NCBI GenBank assembly: GCA_964479055.1
Contig: CAYZKX010000002.1
Location: 1-36,582, forward strand
Reading direction: 5' to 3'
DNA: 36,582 nt
Source: an uncultured Flavobacteriaceae bacterium
GTDB lineage: Bacteria; Bacteroidota; Bacteroidia; Flavobacteriales; Flavobacteriaceae
Made by a program: the position numbers and the translations under genes. Below the pieces are notes generated by a model. It was not told where the DNA came from. It was given only the letters and a program-made list of their open reading frames with translations, and did not search any database. Below are positions 1 through 8,106 of this stretch, one piece after another (positions within the stretch are counted from its first letter, which is position 1; each line of letters opens with the position of its first letter).

Positions 1-875
1 ATATTGCTGTGCGCCAACTCTCTATATGGGTAGCCATTCCTTGTGCGATTTGTGCCATGGTGCCAGCCATTTTTATTAAAGGAGAATCTACACTTGATAA
101 GGACTATGCACCTTTAAACAGAGCTAATATTGGTAACAGCCTTAAAAAGATATATGACAGTTTTGTTGAAGCCTTCAAGATTAAAGAATTTAGAAAATTA
201 TGTGGCGCTACCTTCTTAATATTTAATGCTTTTAATACAGTGGCAGCGCTTACTTTCTTTGTGATCGTTTATAAACTTTTCAATGGTGATGCTGGCGCAA
301 GTGGTATTTGGGTCTCACTCTTTGGATGTCTTGGCGCATTAGGAACCACATTTATTGTTATTCCTGTGGTGACCTGGATGTCAAAAATATTTGGTAAGAA
401 AAAAGCCTTTTTATTGGCACAAAGTATTTCGATAGTTGGTTATATCATGCTGTATTTTCTATTTATACCAGGAAAGCCTTGGATGTATATTATTGCCCTA
501 CCATTTTTCTCATTTGGTATTGGTAGCTTATTCACCATAATGATGTCTATGACAGCTGATGTAATAGATGTGGATGAGCTCAACTCTGGGCTGCGAAGAG
601 AAGGTATTTTTGGAGCCATTTATTGGTGGATGGTTAAAGTTGGATTTGCTATAGCAGGTGCTTTAAGCGGTGTAATCATAGCTTTAGTGGGCTTTGATCC
701 CGATCTGGCAACAACCGATCAGCAATCGGCCGTGGATGGATTACATGCCTTTTTCTGCTTCTTCCCATTGGTGGGAACGCTCTTGGCCATGTATGTGATG
801 CGTGATTATAATATCAATGAGGAGCGCGCCAACCAAATACGTATGGAATTGGAGAAACGAAAAAATGCCGCTTAA
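1..875 (+). CDS. MFS transporter, glycoside-pentoside-hexuronide (GPH):cation symporter-like. Only the C-terminal ~290 aa is present and the 5' end lies upstream of the window (frame = positions 3,6,9...).
   Basis: The open frame runs from the window edge to TAA 873-875. The translation is a series of TM-length hydrophobic segments with a short charged C-tail, typical of MFS_2/GPH sugar symporters. It sits directly upstream of, and overlaps, a glycoside hydrolase gene. Confidence 0.75.
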   Translation, partial: IAVRQLSIWVAIPCAICAMVPAIFIKGESTLDKDYAPLNRANIGNSLKKIYDSFVEAFKIKEFRKLCGATFLIFNAFNTVAALTFFVIVYKLFNGDAGASGIWVSLFGCLGALGTTFIVIPVVTWMSKIFGKKKAFLLAQSISIVGYIMLYFLFIPGKPWMYIIALPFFSFGIGSLFTIMMSMTADVIDVDELNSGLRREGIFGAIYWWMVKVGFAIAGALSGVIIALVGFDPDLATTDQQSAVDGLHAFFCFFPLVGTLLAMYVMRDYNINEERANQIRMELEKRKNAA

Positions 876-1782
876 CAATTTAGATAATAAAGTTATGTCA
901 GTACGAGAAGAAAAATATTTAGCCCTAACCGCTGTAGATTATGACGACACCTCTCTTAAAGGTCTCAAAAAGACCTTCAAAAAGATACTGAAATCGGGTG
1001 TACATGGTTTGTGCTTTAGTCCCTATATGGACGGGCAGGAACCGGGCAATCAATTGTCCGAAGAACAAGTACGACGACGCATAGAGATCATTGCGCCTTA
1101 TACGCAATGGATACGCTCATTTTCCTGTACCGAAGGTAATGAGCTCATACCGCGCATTGCCAAAGAATTTGGTTTGAAAACCTTAGTTGGAGCCTGGTTA
1201 GGTGATGATGATGAGGTGAACAAAAAGGAAATGCAAGGTCTGTTTGAACTGGCTGATTACGGCTATGTAGATGTAGCTGCAGTCGGCAATGAGGTGATGT
1301 ATCGTGGTGATCTTACTGAAGATGAACTAATCCAGTTTATAGAACAGGCAAAGATGAAGATCACTAATAGTCCAGTAGGTTATGTAGATGCGTATTATGA
1401 ATTTGCCGACAGACCAGCAATTACCGAGGCTTGTGATATTATTCTGGCCAACTGTTATCCATTTTGGGAGGGCTGTGATCAAGACTATTCTTTGCTCTAT
1501 ATGAAAGACATGTACAATCGTGCACTGAAAGCAGGTCAGGGTAAAAAGGTGATCATCACCGAAACAGGATGGCCTAACAAAGGGACTAATCTGGAAGGTG
1601 CGTTTCCATCAGAAGAGAACGCCTTGAAGTATTTTATCAATGCTCAAAAATGGTCTAAGGAAGACAACATTGAGATGTTTTATTTCTCCTCATTTGATGA
1701 AGCCTGGAAAGTGGGATCAGAAGGTGATGTAGGGCCGTATTGGGGACTTTGGGATAAGAATGAAAAGTTAAAGTATATATAA
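865..1782 (+). CDS. Glycoside hydrolase family 17 (endo-beta-1,3-glucanase / laminarinase-like) with no signal peptide
   Basis: GH17 catalytic signatures 'AAVGNEV' (acid/base Glu) and 'VIITETGWP' (nucleophile Glu) are present, plus a C-terminal 'FDEAWK...WGLW'. The start is ambiguous: GTG 802, ATG 865 (chosen, 11-nt overlap with the transporter stop) or ATG 895. Confidence 0.85.
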   Translation: MPLNNLDNKVMSVREEKYLALTAVDYDDTSLKGLKKTFKKILKSGVHGLCFSPYMDGQEPGNQLSEEQVRRRIEIIAPYTQWIRSFSCTEGNELIPRIAKEFGLKTLVGAWLGDDDEVNKKEMQGLFELADYGYVDVAAVGNEVMYRGDLTEDELIQFIEQAKMKITNSPVGYVDAYYEFADRPAITEACDIILANCYPFWEGCDQDYSLLYMKDMYNRALKAGQGKKVIITETGWPNKGTNLEGAFPSEENALKYFINAQKWSKEDNIEMFYFSSFDEAWKVGSEGDVGPYWGLWDKNEKLKYI

Positions 1783-1830
1783 TATTTTTAATTCCTGTAA
1801 AAAATGTGTTTTTTGATTAAAAATTAAATA

Positions 1831-4800
1831 ATGAGGAATAACATAAATGTCCTTTTTGCGGTACTTGTCTTTTTTATATTTTCTTGCCAAGATAGAAAGA
1901 GAAATCTTTATCCTTTAGATTTAGAAGGTTCGCTTGAGCTAATGACTCCCGATCATACTGGTGTTTATTTTAATAATGCCATTAAAGAAGATGAAAAATT
2001 TAATCAGTACTATTATAGTCAAATTTATGTAGGTTCTGGTGTTGCCCTAGGCGACATCAACAATGATGGGTTGCCAGATATTTTTTTGGGAGGTAATCAA
2101 GTAAAAGATAAACTGTTTTTAAACAAAGGGGATTTTAAGTTTGAGGATATTTCAGAAATAGCAAATGTTTCAATTACCAATGGATGGACTTGGGGTGTTA
2201 CTATGGCCGATGTTAATGCAGATGGATATCTTGATATATATGTTAGCCGTAATGGAAATTCTTTGGACCCTAAAGACCGTAGAAATCAATTATATATCAA
2301 TAATCAAGATTTAACATTTACAGAATCTGCAATTTCTTACGGCCTTGCAGATTCTGGTTTTTCTACCCAGGCCGTATTTTTTGATTATGATAATGATGGC
2401 GATTTGGATATGTACCAAGTAAATCAACCAGTTGATAGAAAAGTTTCTTTAATAAGTAAATCGTCTCGTGAAGACTTAGCGTATTATTTAGATAGACTTT
2501 ATCGCAACGATAACGGTAAGTTTATAGATGTGTCTAAAGAAGTTGGTATTTCTAGACAAATGGCATATGGACTAAGTGTTAATGCATCTGATTTTAACAA
2601 TGATGGTTGGGTTGATTTATATGTAGCTAATGATTACGCTGAGCCTGATTTTATGTATTATAATAATGGTGATGGTACGTTTAAAGATGTTACACATGAA
2701 CAGTTAAAACATATCACACAGTTAAGTATGGGTTCAGATACCGGAGATATAAATAATGATGGCTTACTGGACTTAATAACAACAGACATGACTCCTGAAG
2801 ATCATTATCGCTCAAAGACGAACATGGCATCAATGAGTACTGAAAATTTCAGACGTTTAGTCAATGCTGGAGCTCACTATCAATATATGGCCAATGCTCT
2901 ACAGGTAAATACAGGATTAGGACATTTCTCAGATGTCGCTAATCTTGCTGGTATAGCTTATACAGATTGGAGCTGGGCAAGTTTATTAGTAGATCTGGAT
3001 AATGATGGTTGGAAAGATATTATTGTATCTAATGGCATAAAAAAGGATGTAGATAATAATGACTATCTCATTAGACTTCAAAATCTTGACCCCAAAACCA
3101 CAACACCTGAAGAATTATTTGAATTTAGTCAAAAAGCACCATCACAACCTATTTCAAACTACGCATTTAGGAATAAAGGGAATTTAGAATTTGAAAAGGT
3201 CACAACTCAATGGGGGTTTGATACTCCTAGTTTTTCAAATGGAATGGCCTATGGTGACTTGGATAATGATGGAGATTTGGATATAGTTACTAACAACATG
3301 GAATCTGAGGCATTCATTTATAGAAATAATACCAAGGGTAATTTTTTAAAAGTGAATTTTGAAGGTTCAGAAAAGAATACTTTTGGGCTTGGTGCCAAGG
3401 CCATCATATTTTATGACAACAGAATGCAAATTGGCGAAAATACGTTCACAAGAGGATTTATATCATCCGTTGAACCTGGTGTGTTTTTCGGCCTAGGTAA
3501 AGAATTATCTATTGATAGTTTAAAGGTCATTTGGCCCGATGGCAGAGTGTCTTTGTTTGATGACTTAGAAGCAAATGAAGTAATCACTGCTAAATATAGC
3601 AGTTCTGAAAAGAAGAATAAAATAGTATCTGAAGATGCCTCAGTATTAATGAGACAAGTAACTAATGACCAAATGGGGTTAGTATATAAACACAATGAAA
3701 ATGATTACGACGATTTTCAAAAGGAGATTTTACTACCTCATAGCATGTCCCAGAACGGACCTTTTATAACAACCGGTGATGTAAATGGGGATCAATTGGA
3801 AGATTTTTATGTTGGTGGAGCAGTGGGTTCTGCTGGACAATTATATATTCAGAATATTTCGGGTAAATTTGAATTGGCAACTCTGCAACCTTGGGTAATC
3901 GATAAGGCTTCAGAAGACTTAGGCTGTATATTATTTGATTTTGATAATGATAATGATCTTGATCTTTATGTAGCAAGTGGAGGAAATGAATATCTTCAAG
4001 GAAGTAGTCTTCTACAGGATAGAATTTACATTAATGATGGTTTAGGGAATTATAGCAAAGCAATTAATATCTTGCCAGAAATCTATGAAAGTAGTCAATG
4101 CGTAAAAGCATCTGATATTGACAATGATGGTGATATAGACTTATTCGTTGGAACTAGACTTATTCCAGGAAAATATTCCTTTCCAGCCACAAGTTATTTG
4201 CTCATTAATGAAAATGGAAAATATGTAAGGGCTCCTAATAATGTAGCGCCTAAATTAGACCATTTAGGGATGGTCACTGATGCCGTTTTTGCTGATGTAG
4301 ATAATGATAATGATGAGGATTTAATGATTGTAGGTGAATGGATGGAAATTACATTATTATTAAATGAACAAGGAACATTCACTGATGCTTCGAGTTCTTA
4401 TAATTTAAATAATACCAGAGGATTATGGTGGTCTATAACAGCCAATGATATTGACAATGATGGTGATATTGACTTTGTTTTAGGGAATCTTGGTAAGAAT
4501 AACAAATTTAAAGCTTCTGAAGAGCATCCATTTAAGGTTTATGCCAATGATTTTGATAATAATGGCACTAATGATATTGTGCTGGCTAAATTTTATAAAG
4601 ACGATTATGTCCCCGTTAGAGGTAGAGAATGTACCAGTCAACAAATGCCATATATAGCTGATAAGTTTAAAGATTTCCACAGCTTTGCCAGTTCTAAATT
4701 AATGGATATTTTACCTGAGGAAACTATTGAAGATGCGGTAGTTTATGAAATTAAAAGTTTTGAAAGTATTATTTTATTTAATGAAGACGGTAATTTTGTG

Positions 4801-5127
4801 AAGAAGAAATTACCAATTCAATCGCAAATTTCGCCTATAAAATCTATTCTTATTGACGATTTCAATAATGACGGGATTAAAGATATAGTTATAGCTGGAA
4901 ATCATTACGGTGTTGAGGTGGAAACCACACGATATGATGCAGGCTTTGGAGCAGTACTTTTAGGAAATGAAAATAATAATTATGATTATATAGGACCGAA
5001 TAAAAGTGGTTTTTATGTTCCTTATGATAGCAGAGATATCAAAATGATCAATTTAGGGGATAAGGAAATTGTTCTTGTTGCAAATAATAATGATTCTATA
5101 AGTGTTTTTAACAAGAACTTAAAATAA
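1831..5127 (+). CDS. FG-GAP/VCBS-repeat protein with a central ASPIC/UnbV module (CRTAC1-like); putative lipoprotein
   Basis: Lipobox-like N-terminus 'VFFIFSC'. There are 14 DxDxDG-type loops (e.g. DINNDGLPD, DYDNDGDLD, DIDNDGDID), split 7 + 7 around 'GLGAKAIIFYDNRMQIGENTFTRGFISSVEPGVFFGLGKELSIDSLKVIWPDGR', the UnbV/ASPIC signature. Confidence 0.9.
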   Translation: MRNNINVLFAVLVFFIFSCQDRKRNLYPLDLEGSLELMTPDHTGVYFNNAIKEDEKFNQYYYSQIYVGSGVALGDINNDGLPDIFLGGNQVKDKLFLNKGDFKFEDISEIANVSITNGWTWGVTMADVNADGYLDIYVSRNGNSLDPKDRRNQLYINNQDLTFTESAISYGLADSGFSTQAVFFDYDNDGDLDMYQVNQPVDRKVSLISKSSREDLAYYLDRLYRNDNGKFIDVSKEVGISRQMAYGLSVNASDFNNDGWVDLYVANDYAEPDFMYYNNGDGTFKDVTHEQLKHITQLSMGSDTGDINNDGLLDLITTDMTPEDHYRSKTNMASMSTENFRRLVNAGAHYQYMANALQVNTGLGHFSDVANLAGIAYTDWSWASLLVDLDNDGWKDIIVSNGIKKDVDNNDYLIRLQNLDPKTTTPEELFEFSQKAPSQPISNYAFRNKGNLEFEKVTTQWGFDTPSFSNGMAYGDLDNDGDLDIVTNNMESEAFIYRNNTKGNFLKVNFEGSEKNTFGLGAKAIIFYDNRMQIGENTFTRGFISSVEPGVFFGLGKELSIDSLKVIWPDGRVSLFDDLEANEVITAKYSSSEKKNKIVSEDASVLMRQVTNDQMGLVYKHNENDYDDFQKEILLPHSMSQNGPFITTGDVNGDQLEDFYVGGAVGSAGQLYIQNISGKFELATLQPWVIDKASEDLGCILFDFDNDNDLDLYVASGGNEYLQGSSLLQDRIYINDGLGNYSKAINILPEIYESSQCVKASDIDNDGDIDLFVGTRLIPGKYSFPATSYLLINENGKYVRAPNNVAPKLDHLGMVTDAVFADVDNDNDEDLMIVGEWMEITLLLNEQGTFTDASSSYNLNNTRGLWWSITANDIDNDGDIDFVLGNLGKNNKFKASEEHPFKVYANDFDNNGTNDIVLAKFYKDDYVPVRGRECTSQQMPYIADKFKDFHSFASSKLMDILPEETIEDAVVYEIKSFESIILFNEDGNFVKKKLPIQSQISPIKSILIDDFNNDGIKDIVIAGNHYGVEVETTRYDAGFGAVLLGNENNNYDYIGPNKSGFYVPYDSRDIKMINLGDKEIVLVANNNDSISVFNKNLK

Positions 5128-5272
5128 TTGTCTATATTAGATGTTGTGGTAAATTAATTACAATTTTAACACACATAAATTTATTTGTATAGTTTTTGTA
5201 TAGGTAAAAATAGACTCAATTTATGCGAATTATTACGATCTTTAAAAATTAATTAAATCTAAATTCATTCTT

Positions 5273-6064
5273 ATGAGAAAAATTACACTATTGTTACTAG
5301 TACTTTCTGTTTCTCTGGGGTATGCACAGACTAACCTAGAAGATTTGGAAGGCTCACCAGTATTTAATGGATTTGAAGGCTTAGGAAGCGCTACTGTCAC
5401 AGCAGATCCAGTTAATGGGGCAAATACTGTTGGGGAAATTATTACTTCTGCTGCAGGCCAATCTTGGCAAGGTGCCGAGTTAATTATGCAAGGTAATATG
5501 ATTGACTTGACTGTAGACAAAACTGTACAAGTTGACATTTACTCTGACATGGCAACTGCTATACTTGGAAAAGTAGAAGATAAAGTAAATAACACCGCTC
5601 CTGCCTCTGCCGATGCCGAAAATCATGGAGGTACAGGTTGGGAAACTATTACATTCACCTTTACCTCAGGAGATGATGGCACCGTAACTGCAGATGGAGA
5701 ATACTCACAAATCGCTTTTTTCCCACTTTGGGCAAATGGGGGAGGATGGGATGCTCCAGTTGATGGAATGACCATCTATGTAGATAATGTAACTGCACAA
5801 CCTGGTGCTTCTTTAAGCATTGATGATTTTAATATTAGGTCTTTCAAAGCTTACCCAAATCCTGCTCAGGATCATTGGATGATTGAAACGACTCAGAATA
5901 TGCTCGCAATAGAGGTATATGATATGCTAGGTAAAAATGTTTTGACAGCAAAGCCAAACAATAATTTTACAAGACTAGATGCAAGCGAATTACCAACTGG
6001 GTTGTATTTTGCTAGAATTGAAACGGTAAATGGCATTAATAGCGTAAAACTTATTAAAAAGTAA
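5273..6064 (+). CDS. Secreted T9SS cargo protein: signal peptide, one uncharacterised ~150-aa beta-sandwich-like domain and a Por_Secre_tail C-terminal domain
   Basis: Signal peptide 'MRKITLLLLVLSVSLGYAQ'. The C-terminal 'FKAYPNPAQDHWMIE...IEVYDMLGKNV...LPTGLYFARIETVNGINSVKLIKK' is a type-A T9SS C-terminal domain. Confidence 0.85.
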   Translation: MRKITLLLLVLSVSLGYAQTNLEDLEGSPVFNGFEGLGSATVTADPVNGANTVGEIITSAAGQSWQGAELIMQGNMIDLTVDKTVQVDIYSDMATAILGKVEDKVNNTAPASADAENHGGTGWETITFTFTSGDDGTVTADGEYSQIAFFPLWANGGGWDAPVDGMTIYVDNVTAQPGASLSIDDFNIRSFKAYPNPAQDHWMIETTQNMLAIEVYDMLGKNVLTAKPNNNFTRLDASELPTGLYFARIETVNGINSVKLIKK

Positions 6065-6093
6065 AGTTTTTTAAGCATTTTCTAATCAATTGT

Positions 6094-6128
6094 AGAGCGC
6101 ATTATGTTCAATAATGTGCTCTTTTTTT
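6094..6128 (+). terminator. Rho-independent terminator-like hairpin
   Basis: 'agagcgcattat' / 'ataatgtgctct' forms a 12-bp stem (one G-U pair) with a 5-nt loop, followed by a T6-7 run. It lies 30 nt after the stop at 6064. Confidence 0.6.
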
Positions 6129-6148
6129 AACTAAAACTAATCTAAATC

Positions 6149-7441
6149 ATGAAAAAAGTAATTTTATTAATTATTCTCATTGTGATGAGCATTTCTCATG
6201 CTCAATTAAATCTACCAATTGATTTTGAAACAACACCAACTACTTCTGATTTTATTGATTTTGATGGTGGTATGGCATCTGTAATATCTAATCCACAAGC
6301 AAGTGGCTTAAATACGAGTGCTACCGTGGCACAAATTGTTAGGAATGGTGGTCAAATTTGGGCTGGAAGTAAATTGATTTTAGAGAATAATCTTGATTTT
6401 TCTGTTTTAAGTGTCATCTCAATGAAGGTATATACAACAGCACCAGTTGGGACTACTGTTAAGTTTAAGTTAGAAGGTGCTGGTGAAACCGAACTTGATG
6501 CGTTGACAACTGTTTCTGGTGAATGGGAAATACTAACATGGGATTTTACAGGTCAGCCAAACAATTTTAATGAACTGGTCTTTATGTTTGATTTTGGGAA
6601 TATTGGCGATGGCACTGCAACATCCACATTTTTGTTTGATGATATCGAACAATTAGATCCTTTTAATGGTATGGATCAAATGGATTTACCCGTTGATTTT
6701 GAAAGTGATAATGTATACTATGCACTTACTAGTTTTGAAGGAGCAACTTCATCAATAATTCAAGACCCTAATGATTCTAGTAATACTATTGGTGAAGTAA
6801 CAAAATCCGTAAGTGCAGGCTCATCCTCTGGAACCACAATTGGAACACCTGCAGGATTTGCGTCAAATATTCCTCTTGCTTTGGACGATTCAAAAATGTA
6901 TGTGCGTGTTTGGTCACCAGATGCTAATATACCCGTACGTCTAAAGGTAGAAGACTCAAGTGATCCTACACATACTTGCGAAACAGAAACCAATACTACA
7001 GTTGCTGGTGATTGGGAAGTACTTGAGTTTGATTTTGTAAATGAAGCACCTGGTACAGCCAGTTTAAGTTTTGGATTAGATAATGGTTGGACTTATAACA
7101 TGGCATCCATATTTTTTAATTTTGGTACTGATGGCGCCACTGCTGGAGAAAAAAAATACTACTTTGATAAAGTTGCTTTTAACATGCCATTGTCAACCGA
7201 AGAATTCAATCTTAGGGAAGTAAAAGTATTTCCTAATCCAGCTAAAGATGATTGGACAATAATATCAAATCAACATATAAACAACATCCAGATTTACGAT
7301 ATGTTAGGTAAACTGGTTACTAATATGGATGTGCAAAACAATGAAGTACGTATTGATGCGTCTACTTTGAACTCGGGAATTTATTTTGCACACATAGACG
7401 CCGGAAACGGCAAGGCAAGAGTAAAGCTTGTAAAGAAGTAA
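6149..7441 (+). CDS. Secreted T9SS cargo protein: signal peptide, two copies of the same uncharacterised ~150-aa domain and a Por_Secre_tail C-terminal domain
   Basis: Signal peptide 'MKKVILLIILIVMSISHAQ'. Internal repeat 'LPIDFET...WEILTWDF...FLFDDIE' / 'LPVDFES...WEVLEFDF...YYFDKVA'. C-terminal domain 'VKVFPNPAKDDWTI...IQIYDMLGKLV...LNSGIYFAHIDAGNGKARVKLVKK'. Confidence 0.85.
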   Translation: MKKVILLIILIVMSISHAQLNLPIDFETTPTTSDFIDFDGGMASVISNPQASGLNTSATVAQIVRNGGQIWAGSKLILENNLDFSVLSVISMKVYTTAPVGTTVKFKLEGAGETELDALTTVSGEWEILTWDFTGQPNNFNELVFMFDFGNIGDGTATSTFLFDDIEQLDPFNGMDQMDLPVDFESDNVYYALTSFEGATSSIIQDPNDSSNTIGEVTKSVSAGSSSGTTIGTPAGFASNIPLALDDSKMYVRVWSPDANIPVRLKVEDSSDPTHTCETETNTTVAGDWEVLEFDFVNEAPGTASLSFGLDNGWTYNMASIFFNFGTDGATAGEKKYYFDKVAFNMPLSTEEFNLREVKVFPNPAKDDWTIISNQHINNIQIYDMLGKLVTNMDVQNNEVRIDASTLNSGIYFAHIDAGNGKARVKLVKK

Positions 7442-7455
7442 TTTCTAATTTTTGA

Positions 7456-7623
7456 AATGATTGGTTAGTAGAGGTGACGATCTACGATGTAATGGGCAGG
7501 CAGATCATGGAAAGAATGGTGGAGAACGGTGCCTTAGACGTTTCCCAATTGAATTCAGGCTTGTATATGCTTAAGATTGTACAAGACCGAAGTACATTAA
7601 CTAAAAAGTTAGTCATTAAATAA
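7456..7623 (+). pseudogene. Orphan 3' fragment of a T9SS cargo gene (C-terminal two thirds of a Por_Secre_tail domain only)
   Basis: The frame-1 translation 'NDWLVEVTIYDVMGRQIMERMVENGALDVSQLNSGLYMLKIVQDRSTLTKKLVIK*' aligns to the last ~50 aa of the two intact C-terminal domains upstream (IYDxxG...LxSGxYxxxI...KLVxK). It has no signal peptide, no YPNP strand and no functional domain, and there is an in-frame TGA at 7453-7455. Confidence 0.6.
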
Positions 7624-7641
7624 TTGGAATTATTAGGGGAC

Positions 7642-7669
7642 AAGGCACTCTTGCGAGTGCCTTTTTTTT
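7642..7669 (+). terminator. Rho-independent terminator
   Basis: 'aaggcactc' ttgc 'gagtgcctt' gives a perfect 9-bp stem with a 4-nt loop, followed by a T8 run. Confidence 0.75.
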
Positions 7670-7690
7670 ATTTCTCAATCTAACTTATTG

Positions 7691-7698
7691 TATATTTG
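7691..7698 (+). promoter_or_regulatory. Candidate Bacteroidota sigma-A -7 box (TAnnTTTG) for the ArsR-like gene
   Basis: 'TATATTTG' matches the TAnnTTTG consensus exactly and lies 17 nt upstream of ATG 7715. No clean -33 TTTG is seen (only 'TTTC' at 7671-7674). Confidence 0.35.
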
Positions 7699-7714
7699 TA
7701 GTAAACGATATGAC

Positions 7715-8038
7715 ATGCGAATACGTTCTCAAATAACTGGTGATCACATCACCGAAGCCGATGTGCAAACCGCCAAGATCGCCGATGCACTGGCGCACCC
7801 CTTGCGTGTGGCATTGGTGAAATACCTCAAGGCCAAGAATGGTGGCAAAGGCGTAGATAACGAAACCTGTAATAAAGATCTGGTAGAAATGTTCAACTAC
7901 TCGCAGTCTACCATGTCTCAGCATGTAAAGGTGTTGGTGAATTGCGGACTCTTTATAACTGAGAGCAAAGACAAGTTCACCTTTTACTATTTGGATACCG
8001 CATTGTTGGATACCTTTAAGCGATTACTTGACTTTTAA
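7715..8038 (+). CDS. ArsR/SmtB-family winged-helix transcriptional regulator
   Basis: 'LAHPLRVALVKYL...CNKDLVEMFNYSQSTMSQHVKVLVNCGLFITESKDKFTFYYL' is a typical ArsR HTH plus wing. I prefer ATG 7715 to the TTG at 7688 used in the ORF track. Confidence 0.8.
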   Translation: MRIRSQITGDHITEADVQTAKIADALAHPLRVALVKYLKAKNGGKGVDNETCNKDLVEMFNYSQSTMSQHVKVLVNCGLFITESKDKFTFYYLDTALLDTFKRLLDF

Positions 8039-8086
8039 TTTTAACAAAATGTTAGTGCGCACTTAAAATATTTATTCTAAATTCGT

Positions 8087-8106
8087 ATATCGTAAATAAA
8101 CGATAT
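8087..8106. promoter_or_regulatory. Inverted repeat ATATCGT-N6-ACGATAT, a candidate operator upstream of the PAP2 gene
   Basis: Perfect 7-bp arms lie 14 nt upstream of ATG 8120. The right arm plus flank, 'TAAACGATATG', recurs identically at 7702-7712 just upstream of the ArsR-like start codon. Confidence 0.4.

Noticed and set aside
802-864. GTG 802 as the GH17 start, and similarly 12428 as the start of the GIY-YIG-like ORF, TTG 7688 for the ArsR-like gene, TTG 19358, TTG 24326 and TTG 25054.
   Set aside because: These longest-ORF starts create 70-100-nt overlaps with upstream genes or use rare TTG/GTG codons immediately before an in-frame ATG. The ATG starts give the compact junctions (1-20-nt overlaps) typical of the rest of the window. 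Start sites remain unverified.
8054-8063. The 10-bp perfect palindrome AGTGCGCACT just after the ArsR-like stop, which resembles the arms of the 29911-29940 hairpin (AGTGCG...CGCACT).
   Set aside because: The shared part is only 6 nt per arm. One occurrence is loop-less and the other is a long hairpin, so I cannot distinguish this from chance without a genome-wide count.
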